A stretch of DNA of 63,162 bases, counting the filler, from Reclinomonas americana ATCC 50394 (taxonomy: Eukaryota), in the NCBI GenBank assembly GCA_048213135.1. It is 20 parts of 20 records of this genome, joined end to end, with 100 filler letters (N's around TTAATTAATTAA, not from the genome) between each part and the next. Parts side by side here need not be neighbours in the genome. Positions count along the whole stretch, not along the records: positions 42,371 to 51,421 come from AFZH01023680.1; positions 51,522 to 54,564 come from AFZH01023681.1; positions 54,665 to 56,030 come from AFZH01023684.1; positions 56,131 to 58,214 come from AFZH01023685.1; positions 58,315 to 60,947 come from AFZH01023686.1; positions 61,048 to 63,162 come from AFZH01023687.1; 14 more parts are not named here. The stretch is one strand, 5' to 3'. Below are positions 50,767 through 61,523 of this stretch, one piece after another. The number at the start of each line of letters is the position of its first letter. The stretch's first letter is position 1. The notes beneath the pieces are model-generated. The model did no database searches and was not told where the DNA came from. It saw nothing but the letters and a program-made list of their open reading frames with translations. The translations under genes were made by a program, and so were the position numbers.

Positions 50767-51521
50767 CTCCCGATCGCAACGCGCTGAGTTCGAGAGAGGA
50801 TCTCGAGAGTGGAATGTAGATGGCGCTGCGGTTGGAAAGATGCAGACGCAGCGGCGACTCCTCGTCCACAGCTACTCGGTGATGGAAAGAATGAGAACCT
50901 TGGGAGAGAGAAGAAGCAACAAACTGTGCGCAGGACCTGCCTGATATCAGTAGTAGATGGTGATCATCATGCAGCTGCTGCTGTTTGGATTAGTAAATTT
51001 GTTGTTGTTGTACGTTCGCGATCGTCCTTGTCCTCGTTCAAAACTCGTCCGTTCGCTTGCAGCTGAGAGAGAAGAAAAGATCATGTTGCGTGCATATCTG
51101 CATCTCTTCTCCTTCTTGGGTGCGGTACTCACTCGAATGCATCATGCATGCTTCCTGCGCGCAGGGATTTCGTCACTGTTGCGTCGGAGCTCCAAACTCT
51201 TGTTTGCATGCATGCTCCACTCACTCACTGTGAAACGCATGCACAGATTACTCGTTGCGTCTTGTTGTGCTGAGTGTGCAGAGAGTGTCCCTCGACAACA
51301 ACAACAGCAGAAGCGCTACGATAGCAAGCGCACTCGTGTACTTACCTCCTCGGTTTTTTCTTGCGGTGTTCTTGGGCAGACAATGACCCGGTGAGTGCCG
51401 ACTCTCCACTCAGTGCCTACCNNNNNNNNNNNNNNNNNNNNNNNNNNNNNNNNNNNNNNNNNNNNTTAATTAATTAANNNNNNNNNNNNNNNNNNNNNNN
51501 NNNNNNNNNNNNNNNNNNNNN

Positions 51522-53704
51522 GGCATTTGCAGCGACGATATGGCCACTCGATCGCGTACCGAGCCATCCGCCAACACAATCATGTCGTGTATCCGCGACG
51601 TGACAGGAATCATGTTGGTCTCGTCGCCTCGCCGCACATCGTACGTGCGAATGGTGCGGTCAAACGACGCAGTGACCTGTGTGCACATGCACAGTAAATG
51701 AGGACGCGCATCGCAGTCCCTCCGCCTCGCTCACTCACAATGCTGGCCGAGCCCATCAAAAAGCCGACGGAAACCACCTTTTCTCGATGTCCCATTAACG
51801 TGTGCAACAACTTGTTTCTCCTCGTCGACCACAGCAGCGTGCCACTGCGCAGATCACGGACAGAGCAATGAGGCCCGCGCAGCAGACCAAAAGATTGCGC
51901 ACGATTGCACGCAACTTGCTGTGCGAGGTGGCCGCCACCATGTCGCCCTCTGGTGACACACAACACCGCAAGAGGCCACTGGTGCTCTCCTCGAATCTCG
52001 TTGCCACACAACCTGTGGCACACAGTCAGCGATGGAGGAGGTGCCATTCGGATTCCGCTACGATGCATTTCCTCACGTTCCCTGCTGCTGGAGATGCACA
52101 ACTTTCTGTCCTCGGAGGCTGCGGGAGAGTGAGCGACACGCGACTCAAATCTAAAACCCGATCCCCCACACGCACACCTGACACAATGCTCTCGCCCAGC
52201 GAGTCAAACGTCACGCACATGATACCATCCTCGTGCACCAACTGCAGATGCGCAATGAGAAATGTCGCGAATCCTCAGTGTTGAGCGACGAAAAAAACAC
52301 GCACCAAGTCACCCAGATGATATCTCGGTAACCTCGGCGACTCCTCGGCGGCGGTCCTCGGCTGCTGCAGTGGCGACAAATCCGGGCGCCACTCGGTGCC
52401 GCTGCTGCGACGCAACGACATGCGAGAGAGACTGAAGGTTGCCGGAGTGGACGAAAATGTTGCAGCTGGCTGCAGGGAAGGCGAGCTCACGGCAGAGCTG
52501 CTCTTTGGCGGCAACGATGAAGACTGCCGTGCGGCACTGCCAGCCACCTGCATCGGCACGCCACCTCCGTCGCCACCATCAGCATCCTCGTCCTCACTGA
52601 ACACATCACCTCCGTCGTTGCTCTCGCCATCCGCCTCGCCATCAAAGTCGTCGCTGAATGTCGAGAGGGTGTTCAGCGCTGTCGCGGTGCCAGCGGCGGC
52701 GGCCGACGCGGCGACCAGCGAGGCTGCCGATCTTGCAGTGGCGGCGGTGGTGGTGGTGGTGGTCGTCGTCGTTGCAGTCACAGTGGTGGTGGTGGTGGAG
52801 GAGCTCGAGTCCGTGGCCGACGCTGTGGCACACAACTGTGAGCACTGGGGCCTGCGCGTAATGCACGCACCACCGCACGAAACTGTGCGACTGCGCTCGC
52901 TTCCTTCGCGGCTGTGCGCTGTTGAACGACAGACAGTAAATAATCGTCAGCCCCCCACGATCAGTAGCCACTCGACAAACGCAACGCCTTTCCGTGTTTG
53001 AGCTCCTCCACTTGCTGGTGCAAGGCATTGTTCTCGCGCTGCAGTCGCTGAATGATCTGCTCCAGGTTCCGCACTGTTGACAGCGACGCAGAAGTGAACA
53101 GAAGAAAGAAGGCCCTCGCGAGAGAGAGAGAGATCTACTCACCTTCTTCCCGAGCCGAGGCCACCTCCCGCATCATCGTCTGCCGTTCGTTGGCGTGCTG
53201 GTCGATGGTGGCGTTCAATCGAAGCACATACACCTTGCCGAGATCAATCTCAGCGTAGGCCTCTTGCAGTCTGCTCCCGCATGACAAGTATGTAACAGGA
53301 AGAAAAATCTCTCGGCAAGGCGACAGATGCATACCGTTTCTCCAAGTTGATGACAATCTCCTCATGTTCCTGCGCGGGCGTGAGTGTGTGCGCCTGACAA
53401 CTGTAATGCACAGGCACACGCACCTTTACGAAATGCGATGACACGTATCTTTGGCGCTGTACTCGCGGAGGATGAGGAAGAGACGGAAGAAGAGGAGATG
53501 TCTTCGGCACGCAACTCCATACGAGCGATCGGTGAAGAGGCCGTACAGAAGGCGACGCACACGCTCGACTTGTGCGTTGCGCTGAGGTGCACAAGAGAGA
53601 GTGAGGAAAGAAGGAAGAAGAGGGGTAGAATGAGAGAGGAATACCTGCACAAGTCGCTGCAGCACATTTGCGCGCCATTGGGGTTGGCCGCCACTCGCCT
53701 CCAT
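51522..53704 (-). CDS. ATG16: ATG16L1/TipD-like autophagy protein (ATG5-binding helix, coiled coil, WD40), 3' end lost in gap
   Basis: The N-terminal QWRANVLQRLVQRN resembles the ATG5-interacting helix. Coiled-coil exons follow. The WD40 LLHTLMGHREKVVSVGFLMGSASIVTASFDRTIRTYDVRRG follows the ATG16L1 pattern. Confidence 0.72.
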
Positions 53705-53921
53705 TGAAGGCGCGTCGGTGTGTGTGTCTCGATCTCCTGCGCCGTGAATCACACGCCGAGCAACTTGTCACAAACCCGGCATCTGAAAAAATGGCATCTC
53801 TCAATTGTGGCCCTATTTAAAATCCCATGCTCCGCGTGTAGGTTGTCGAGTGGCCTAGCGGGCGCAAATGTTTTTGTGGTTGCGCGGCTTTTCTCGTCGA
53901 TTGACTCAAGCTTCATTGTTT

Positions 53922-54004
53922 GCTTCAGTAACGCTGAAATCGCTCAATGGCAGGGCATTGGACTTCTAATCCAAAGGTTGCGGGTTCAAGTCCCGCCTGA
54001 AGCT
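53922..54004 (+). tRNA. tRNA-Arg (anticodon TCT) with an 11-nt insert (53930-53940) between the acceptor stem and D arm
   Basis: Acceptor GCTTCAG/CTGAAGC; D stem GCTC/GGGC; anticodon arm TTGGA-CTTCTAA-TCCAA; T arm GCGGG-TTCAAGT-CCCGC; followed by T runs. Confidence 0.85.
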
Positions 54005-54008
54005 TATC

Positions 54009-54035
54009 TTTTTATTTTTTTATTTTTTTATTTTT
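54009..54035 (+). terminator. RNA polymerase III oligo-T terminator of the tRNA gene
   Basis: Several runs of five or more T begin 5 nt after the tRNA 3' end. Confidence 0.7.
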
Positions 54036-54326
54036 CCTCACACAACAGAGGACTGTTGTGTTCACAAAGAGGAACACCTGTGGCACAGGCAAGGGAAGGG
54101 AGAAGATCAAAAAAAAAGAAGAATCGCAGACGCACCCCAGTACAACAACAACATCATCATCCGAACAGCAACACAATTGCATGACGATCACCCTTGAGAG
54201 AGCACCGCTGACACATCTGCTCCTCCACATCGATCCACAAGAACACGAGTCTCGTGATGTGCGGCGAAACAGCGTTCCGAAGAAAAAGAAAGACATACTG
54301 CATCCACACCTTTCCCTTTTACTGCC

Positions 54327-54478
54327 TCACGGCTTGCACGTCTTCGCACGATGCCGGAGTGCCTTCCGCAGTACTTTCACCTCCATATCCGGATCCGGGG
54401 CACAGGCGCGCAGGAGAGACTCGGGGATCTTCTTCAGCTTCTGCTTGTCCACAAAGTCGTGGAGGAAGAGAGCCAGGC
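54327..54478 (-). CDS. Terminal exon of an unidentified eukaryotic gene
   Basis: Acceptor TTTGCAG, then LALFLHDFVDKQKLKKIPESLLRACAPDPDMEVKVLRKALRHRAKTCKP*. Confidence 0.4.
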
Positions 54479-54664
54479 CTGCAAATTGCACCGTTCAGTA
54501 TCACACCTGGCGTGACGAGCGCACAGGCAAGCGTCGACGTAACCAGCACGCAGATGCATCAGCCNNNNNNNNNNNNNNNNNNNNNNNNNNNNNNNNNNNN
54601 NNNNNNNNTTAATTAATTAANNNNNNNNNNNNNNNNNNNNNNNNNNNNNNNNNNNNNNNNNNNN

Positions 54665-54888
54665 CTGAGGCGATCCGAAGCGAATGCAGCCTGCCGCTCA
54701 CCAGCTGGGGCCTCGGCGCGGAGGACTGGCTCGGCAGCTACGGCATAAGCCGCCAGGGCGCCGTTCTGGTCCGCCCGGACGGCTTCGTGGCATGGCGGAC
54801 GCCGGAGCCAGCCGACGACCGGAAGGCCATGCTGCTCAGCGCCCTCGACCGGATCGGCCTGCGCGCCGAGGCTGGCGGAGAGGTCTGA
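54665..54888 (+). CDS. C-terminus of a bacterial FAD-dependent (aromatic-ring hydroxylase-type) monooxygenase
   Basis: Signature YGISRQGAVLVRPDGFVAWR. TGA 54886-54888 overlaps the next ATG. Confidence 0.85.
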
Positions 54889-55250
54889 TGAAACCTTCCG
54901 CGACGCTGACCAAGATTCTGGCCGTCGAGATCCTGCTCTTTGCCGGCGCCACGCTGGTCCATGCCGGCATCCTGATCGGCGGCCATGAGCACGGCTCGGC
55001 CAGGACGGCGGAAGGCGTGATCGCAGCCGTGCTGGTGCTCGGCCTGATCATCTGCCTGCTGCGCCCGGCGGCGATGCGGACGATCGCCCTCGCCGTGCAG
55101 GGTTTCGCGCTGCTCGGCACGCTGGTCGGCGTCTTTACGATCACTGGCGGCGTCGGGCCGCAGACGCTGGCGGACAAGGCCTTCCACGGCGCCCTGCTGA
55201 TGGTGCTCTTCGCCGGGCTGGTAGCCGCCTGGCGCGCACCGCGCGGCTAG
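54888..55250 (+). CDS. Bacterial hypothetical membrane protein, about 4 TM, 120 aa
   Basis: TGATG translational coupling; hydrophobic ORF MKPSATLTKILAVEILLFAG... Confidence 0.75.
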   Translation: MKPSATLTKILAVEILLFAGATLVHAGILIGGHEHGSARTAEGVIAAVLVLGLIICLLRPAAMRTIALAVQGFALLGTLVGVFTITGGVGPQTLADKAFHGALLMVLFAGLVAAWRAPRG

Positions 55251-56030
55251 AATTTCGGCGACCGGCGCTCGAAGAAGGCGGCGATGCCCTCGCGGAAATC
55301 CGCCGTGCCGGCGTTCGCGACGAAGTTCTGCTTCTCCAGGTCGAGCTGCGCATCGAAGGAGCCATGAGTCGCGGCCTGGACCAGTGCCTTGCTCGCCGCT
55401 TGCGCGCCGACGCTGCCGCGGGCGAGCTTTTCCGCCATGGCTCGCGCCGTCTCCATCAGCTCATCCTTCGGCACGAGGCGGTTGACCAGGCCGAGCTGGA
55501 GCGCGGTCTGCGCATTCATCGCCTCGTTGAGCAGCACGAATTCCAGCGCCCGGCGCGGGCCGAGCAACTGCGTCAGCGTCCAGGTGGTGCCGCCATCGGG
55601 GCTGGTGCCGAGCTTGGTATAGGCCGAGAGGAAGCTCGCATCCTCTGCCGCCACCACAAGGTCGCAGGCGAGCGCCAGCCCGACGCCGCCGCCGGCGACC
55701 GGCCCCTGTACCGCCGCGATCACCAGCTGCGGCATCGCCTTGATCAGGCGCATCAGCGTGTGGAAGCGGTCGATCAGCTTCGTCGCGGTCTGCGGCGCGC
55801 CGGGCAGGTCGCTCTGGAAGCGGGCGAGATCGCCCCCCGCCATGAAGGAGCGCCCTGCCCCGGCCAGGATGACCGCGCGGATCGTCTGGTCGGCTGCGAG
55901 CCCCGAGAACGCCGCGACCAGCGCATCCGCCATCGCCTCGTCGAGGACGTTGAGCACCTTGGGGCGGTTCATGGTCACAATAAGGATCGGCCCATGCCGC
56001 TCCGTGATCACCACCTCGCCTGCCGCATCG
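55247..56030 (-). CDS. Enoyl-CoA hydratase/isomerase (crotonase, PaaG-like); start in or near the gap
   Basis: Motifs FMAGGDL, AAVQGPVAGGGVGLALACD, LGTSPDGG and DFREGIAAFFERRSPKF. Confidence 0.92.
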
Positions 56031-56130
56031 NNNNNNNNNNNNNNNNNNNNNNNNNNNNNNNNNNNNNNNNNNNNTTAATTAATTAANNNNNNNNNNNNNN
56101 NNNNNNNNNNNNNNNNNNNNNNNNNNNNNN

Positions 56131-57216
56131 CTCGGCCTTGAAGCACATCGCATCGGTCTCGCCGGCACGCATCACCACCAACCGGCACCGGCCGAGTTCC
56201 GGATGGCGCGCGGCAACGGCTGCAACCTGCTCCGGTCGGACGAACATGCCCTTGACCTTGGCCGACTGGTCGGCCCGGCCGAGCCAGCCGCGGATGCGCT
56301 GGTTGGTGCGCCCGCAAGGCGACAAGCCCGGCAACGTCGCGCTGAGATCGCCGACGGCGAAGCGGATCAATGGCTTCTTCGGATCGAGGATGGTGACGGC
56401 GATCTCGCCGATCTCGCCCTCCGCCACGGGCTGGCCGGTGCCGGGCCGCAGGATCTCGACGATGATGTCCTCGTTGAGGACGAGGCCTTCGCGGGCCGGC
56501 GTCTCATAGGCGATGACGCCGCATTCGGCGGTGGCGTAGCACTGATAGGCGTCGATGCCGCGCTCGCGGAATTCGGCCTGCAGCGAGGGCGGGAAAGCGG
56601 CACCGGAAACCATCGCCCGCTTCAGCGAGGAGAGATCGCGCCCGCGCGCCGCGCCGAGATCGAGCAGGATCTTCAGGAAGTCCGGCACGCCGGCATAGAG
56701 CGTCGGGCGATAGGCCTCGATCAGGTCGAGCTGGGCGTCGCTATTGCCGGGCCCTGCCGGGATCACGGCGCAGCCGAGCACGCGCGCCCCGGCATCGAAA
56801 CACCATGCGCCGGGCGTCAGGTGATAGGAGAAGGTGTTGAGCACGATGTCACGCCAGCCGGCGCCGGTCGCGGCGAGCGCGCGGGCGACCCGCCAGGGAT
56901 CATCGTCATGGCTCTCGGGCTCGAAGATCGGCCCCGGCGACATCATCAAGCGGCGATAGTCGCTCGGACGGCCCGGTAGCAAACCGCCAAAGGGCGGCTT
57001 GCCGCGCTGGGTCGCCGGCAAATCCGACTTGCGCAGCACCGGCAGGCGGGCCAGCGGCGCCCGGTCGGTGACGGCCTGCGGATCGATGCCGCGCAGATGC
57101 TTGCGCCAGGCGGGCAGCCGCTGCGCCGCCGCCAACACCTGCGGCAGCCGCCGGAACAGATCGGCCTCGCGGCGCGCGGGCGTGCGGGTCTCCCGGCGGT
57201 CGTAGTGCTTCCCCAT
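56131..57216 (-). CDS. Phenylacetate-CoA ligase (PaaK/F390) family protein, C-terminus in gap
   Basis: Motifs LPVLRKSDL, MSPGPIFEP, FSYHLTPGA, YQCYATAECG, IRFAVGDLS and GRADQSAKVKGMFV. Confidence 0.9.
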
Positions 57217-57223
57217 GACGGCC

Positions 57224-57547
57224 TCAGGCGAGCCAGCGCTTGCGGCGCCGGTAGTGCTTGACCGCGTGGTAGTCGACCTTCTGATGGCCGCCGAGATAGG
57301 CGTCGGCGACGTCGGGATTTGCGCTCAGCACGGCAGCCTCCCCGCTCATCAGGATACGGCCGTTCTCGATCAGGTAGCCGTAATGGGCGATCTCCAGCGC
57401 CGCCGTCGCGTTCTGCTCGACCAGCAGCACGGCGACGCCGTCGCGCTCATTGACGTTGCGGACGATGTCGAAGATCTCGTCGACGAGGAAGGGCGCAAGG
57501 CCGAGGCTCGGCTCGTCCAGCATCAGCAGGCGCGGTTCTGTCATCAA

Positions 57548-57583
<36 letters not shown>

Positions 57584-58015
57584 GGAGAGATAGCCGGCCT
57601 CGGCCTTGGCCCGCTGGGCGAGGCGCGGGAAGGTCTCGAACATCCGGTCGATCAGCGCCGTGACATGGCCGCGCTCGCGATGCATGGTCGCGGCCGCGAT
57701 CAGGTTCTCCTTCGGCGTCAGATGGCCGAAGACGCGCCGTCCCTCCAGCACATGGACGATGCCGAGGCGCACGCGATCGGGCGGATCGACCGCCAGGATC
57801 GAGTGGCCGTCGAAGCTGATCTCGCCACGGGTGACGGCGCCACGCTCGGGCTTGAGCAGGCCCGAGATCGATTTCAGCACGGTGCTCTTGCCGGCGCCGT
57901 TGGCGCCGAGCACGGCGACGAGCCCCTTATCGGGCACCTCGATCGAGACGCCGCGCACGGCGAGGAAGACCTGATCGTAGACGATCTCGATATTGTTCAG
58001 CGCCAGCAGCGTCAT
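57224..58015 (-). CDS. Branched-chain amino acid-type ABC transporter ATPase (LivF-like)
   Basis: Motifs GANGAGKS, LSGGEQQM, LDEPSLGLAP and VEQN. Confidence 0.95.
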
Positions 58016-58067
58016 CGGCCCGATCCGAAAAGGGGCGGTGCGGAACACCCGCGCCGCCCGCGCAGGG

Positions 58068-59410
58068 TCATTTCCCGGACTTCTTGAACTCGTCCGAGTT
58101 CTTGCGGATTTCCTCCCAGACCACGTCCTGGTTGGCGGAGAACCAGTCGGTGATCGGCACGAACCTGGCGCCGTCCCAGCGCGCGATCCGGCCCATGCCG
58201 CCGCCCTGGTGGTCNNNNNNNNNNNNNNNNNNNNNNNNNNNNNNNNNNNNNNNNNNNNTTAATTAATTAANNNNNNNNNNNNNNNNNNNNNNNNNNNNNN
58301 NNNNNNNNNNNNNNGCGGCAGCAGGCCGTCGGCGGTGAAGTTGGTGATCGAGCGCAAGCCTTCGTTGAGCCAGGGGCCGGTGACCGGGCCGTTCGGCGCC
58401 TTCTCGGCCGCCCTGCGCACGCCCTCGACCATCAGCGTCGCCATCTGGACGCCGTAGTTGTAGTAGGCGGTGCCGACCTTGTTCTCGGGGCCGGCGCCTT
58501 TGCCCTTGCCGACGACGTCGGCGAGGATGTCCTTGATCACCTTGGGCTCGCGGCCGCCGACGCAGGGCTCGACCTTCATCACGCCCTTGGCCGCCTCGCG
58601 CCCGACCACATCCATGTCGGATTCGGAGAGCCAGACGCTGCCGGAGACGCGGTCCATCGGCAGGCCGTTGCGGATCGCCTCGGTCAGCGCCACGGTCTGG
58701 CCGACGCCGGCACCCCAGAAGATCACGAAATCGGGCCGCGCACGGCGCACCTGCGGCCAGATCGCCGACTGGTCGTTGCCCGGCGGCGTATAGGGGAAGG
58801 CGGCGAGCTCGTAGCCTTCCTTCTTGGCGAGGACGTTGAGGATCGGCAGCGGCTCCTTGCCGAAGGGCGTGTCGATGTGGACGAAGACGATCTTCTTGCC
58901 CTTGAGGCTGCCCTTCTCGGTCTTCTTGAACTGCTCGATGATCAGGCCCGCCTGGGTCCAGTAATTGATCGAGAGCGGCAGCACATAGGGGAAGGCGCTG
59001 CCGTCGGCGGCGTCGCTGCGGCCGGAATAGGCGGTGATCATGTTGATCTTGTCCTCGAGCGCGCGCGGTACCAGAGCCCGCGCCACCGGCGTCGAGAGCG
59101 GGTCGATCAGCACCGCGCCCTCGCGCTTGCCACGCTCATAGGCCTCGATCGCGCGCGGCAGGTCGTTGGCGTGGTCGGTGATATCAGCGACGATCTTGTA
59201 GCCGCCGACGCCGCCGCGCTCGTTGACCAGGGTGAAGTAGTCGCGCTGGCCCTGGTTATATTCCGAGGTGACGAAGGTGTAGATGCGGGTGAAGTCCTGC
59301 GGCAGCGTGAAGCGGACGATCTTCTCCTGGGCAAAGACCTGCACCGGAAGGGCGAGCGGCACGGCCAGCGCGGCCGAGCCGGCGATGAACGAACGGCGAT
59401 CGAGCGACAT
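58068..59410 (-). CDS. ABC transporter substrate-binding protein (LivJ/K superfamily) with Tat-like signal, split by a gap
   Basis: Starts MSLDRRSFIAGSAAL (twin arginine); VNERGGVGG motif. The C-terminal part DHQGGGMGRI...KSGK* lies beyond the gap. Confidence 0.9.
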
Positions 59411-59447
59411 CCTGTTTCCTCCAGCCCTGTCGTTGATTGAGGCACCG

Positions 59448-60521
59448 TCACCGCTGGGCATGGCGGAACGGCCAGACGAGCAAGTAATTGCGGAAATTGG
59501 CGTAGATCTTGGCGAGGCCGAGCGGCTCGTAGAGCAGGAAGCCGATCACCAGCGCGCCATAAGCCATCAATGGCAGATGGGCGCGCAGGTCGATCGGCAA
59601 GGACCAGCCGAATGTGCCGGCGGTGAAGCCAAGCAAATTGTTGAGCAGGATCGGCGCGAACAGGATGAGCGCCGTGCCGAAGAACGGGCCGAGCACGCTG
59701 CCGAGACCGCCGACGATGATCATCGCCAGGATCTGGATCGAGAGCTCGATATGGAACTGGTCGGGCGAGATCGCCCTGAGATAGGTCACCGCCAGCAGCG
59801 AGCCGACGACGCCGCCGATGAAGGACGAGACCCAGAACGCCAGCAGCTTGTAGCGGAAGGTCGAGATGCCGAGGATCTGCGCGGCGTAGTCCTTCTCGCG
59901 CAAAGCCGCCAGGGCGCGGCCGAAGCTGGTGCGGCGGACGTTCAGCATGAACAGTGTGATGACGAAGCAGACGCCGAAGGCGAGGTAATAGGTCGGCAGG
60001 TCGCCTTGCAGCGGGATGCCCAAGAAGCGGACCGGTGGCACCTGCAAGGTCGCGAGCGAGCCGCCGCTGATCACCGAAGAGTGCGAGATGACGAAGTCGA
60101 CGACATACTGCATGGCGAGCGTCGCCATCGCCAGATAAATGCCCTTCATGCGCAGGGCCGCGCCGCCGAACATGGTGCCGATGGTGGCGCTGAGCAGGCC
60201 GCCGGCGATCATGGCGATCTCGAGCGGCACGCCGAGGCGCACCAGATGGACCGAGCCATAGGCGCCGATGCCCATCACCGCGCCATAGCCGAGATGGATC
60301 TGGCCGGACCAGCCCATCAGCAAGTTGAGGCCGAGCGCCGCTGAGGTCCAGATCAGCCAGGGCAGCAGGTAGCCGGAGACATAGAGCCGGTCGAACAGGA
60401 AGGGCGCCGCCAGCAGGATGGCGATGACCGCGATGATCAGGCCGCGGTCGAAGCCGAGCGGGAACAGCTGGCGCTCGTCCTGATAGCGCGTGTGGCGGAT
60501 GCCGGCGCGACGATAGAACAC
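59448..60521 (-). CDS. ABC transporter permease (LivM-like)
   Basis: Motifs GLNLLMGWSGQIHLG, GIYLAMATLA, GRALAALRE and MIIVGGLGS. Confidence 0.93.
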   Translation of the reverse strand: MFYRRAGIRHTRYQDERQLFPLGFDRGLIIAVIAILLAAPFLFDRLYVSGYLLPWLIWTSAALGLNLLMGWSGQIHLGYGAVMGIGAYGSVHLVRLGVPLEIAMIAGGLLSATIGTMFGGAALRMKGIYLAMATLAMQYVVDFVISHSSVISGGSLATLQVPPVRFLGIPLQGDLPTYYLAFGVCFVITLFMLNVRRTSFGRALAALREKDYAAQILGISTFRYKLLAFWVSSFIGGVVGSLLAVTYLRAISPDQFHIELSIQILAMIIVGGLGSVLGPFFGTALILFAPILLNNLLGFTAGTFGWSLPIDLRAHLPLMAYGALVIGFLLYEPLGLAKIYANFRNYLLVWPFRHAQR

Positions 60522-60525
60522 GGCG

Positions 60526-61523
60526 TCAGACCCTCTCGATATGGTGACGGCCGAACAGGCCGTGCGGCTTGAGCAGGAGCGTCACCAGGATGATCACGGC
60601 CGCGACCACGTCGCGCGAGCCGCCGCCGACCAGCGGGTCGAGCACGCCGGTGGCGAGGCTCTCGGCGACGCCAACGATGACGCCGGCGATCAACACGCCC
60701 GGAATGGAGTCGAGCCCGCCGAGGATGGCGATGGCGAGCGCCTTGATCAGCAGCAGCGAGAGCGACCAGTCGATGCCCTGGGTGCTGCCCCAGAGCACGC
60801 CGGCGGCGGTGGCGGAAACGGCGGCGAGCCCCCAGGCGACGGCGATCGCGCGCTCGACCCTGATGCCGACCGACCAGGAGGCGGTCTGGTCGTCGGCGAC
60901 GGCGCGCATCACCACGCCGTAGCGCGAGTTGAAGAAGAACGAGTGAGNNNNNNNNNNNNNNNNNNNNNNNNNNNNNNNNNNNNNNNNNNNNTTAATTAAT
61001 TAANNNNNNNNNNNNNNNNNNNNNNNNNNNNNNNNNNNNNNNNNNNNAACAGTGAGAGCAGGATCAGCAGCAGCGAGATCGAGCCGCCGATCATCGTGGA
61101 GCGATTGAGCAGGAGATCGCCGACGAAGAGCGGCTGCTGCGGCAGGCCGATATCGAGGCGCTTGACCGCCGCACCGAAGATGCCGGGGAGAAGGCCGCGC
61201 AGCATGATCTCAACGCCGAGCGTCAGCATGATCGTCATGATCACCGGCTGGCCGATCATCCGGCGCAGCGCGATGCGTTCCATCAGCAGGCCGAAGCCGA
61301 ACATGCCAACGAGTGCAACGGGAATCGCCAGCCACATCGGCAGGCCGACCAAAGTGGCGAGCGCCCAGGTGACGTAGCCGCCGGTCATGGCGATGGCGCC
61401 CTGGGCGAGATTGGCGGTGCCGGAGGTCTTGTAGATCAGCACGATGCCGAGCGAGACCAGCGCATACATCAGGCCGACGAAGACGCCGTTGGCCGAGAGT
61501 TCCGCGAGCAGGATCCAGTCCAT
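60526..61523 (-). CDS. ABC transporter permease (LivH-like), split by a gap
   Basis: Motifs YALVSLGIVLIYKTSG.NLAQG, MRAVADD, ILGGLDSIPG and KPHGLFG. Confidence 0.93.

Larger units (their letters stand above)
3021..61047. other. 19 artificial ~100-nt contig spacers (N-run, TTAATTAATTAA, N-run) starting at about 3021, 8327, 13654, 16392, 17699, 19832, 21528, 23287, 25210, 28433, 29926, 31943, 35499, 42271, 51422, 54565, 56031, 58215 and 60948
   Basis: The same six-frame-stop 12-mer is centred in every N run. Confidence 0.97.

Noticed and set aside
49938..51421. Short ORFs and splice-like signals on both strands
   Set aside because: I could not build a frame-consistent model or recognise any domain.
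53832..53885. Two small hairpins and an A-box-like TGTCGAGTGG upstream of the tRNA, as a separate ncRNA or permuted tRNA half
   Set aside because: The stems are short, with no B box or recognisable family, and the tRNA is complete without them.
434..54478. Alternative genetic code
   Set aside because: Conserved exons contain no in-frame stops once introns are removed, and genes end in ordinary stop codons.
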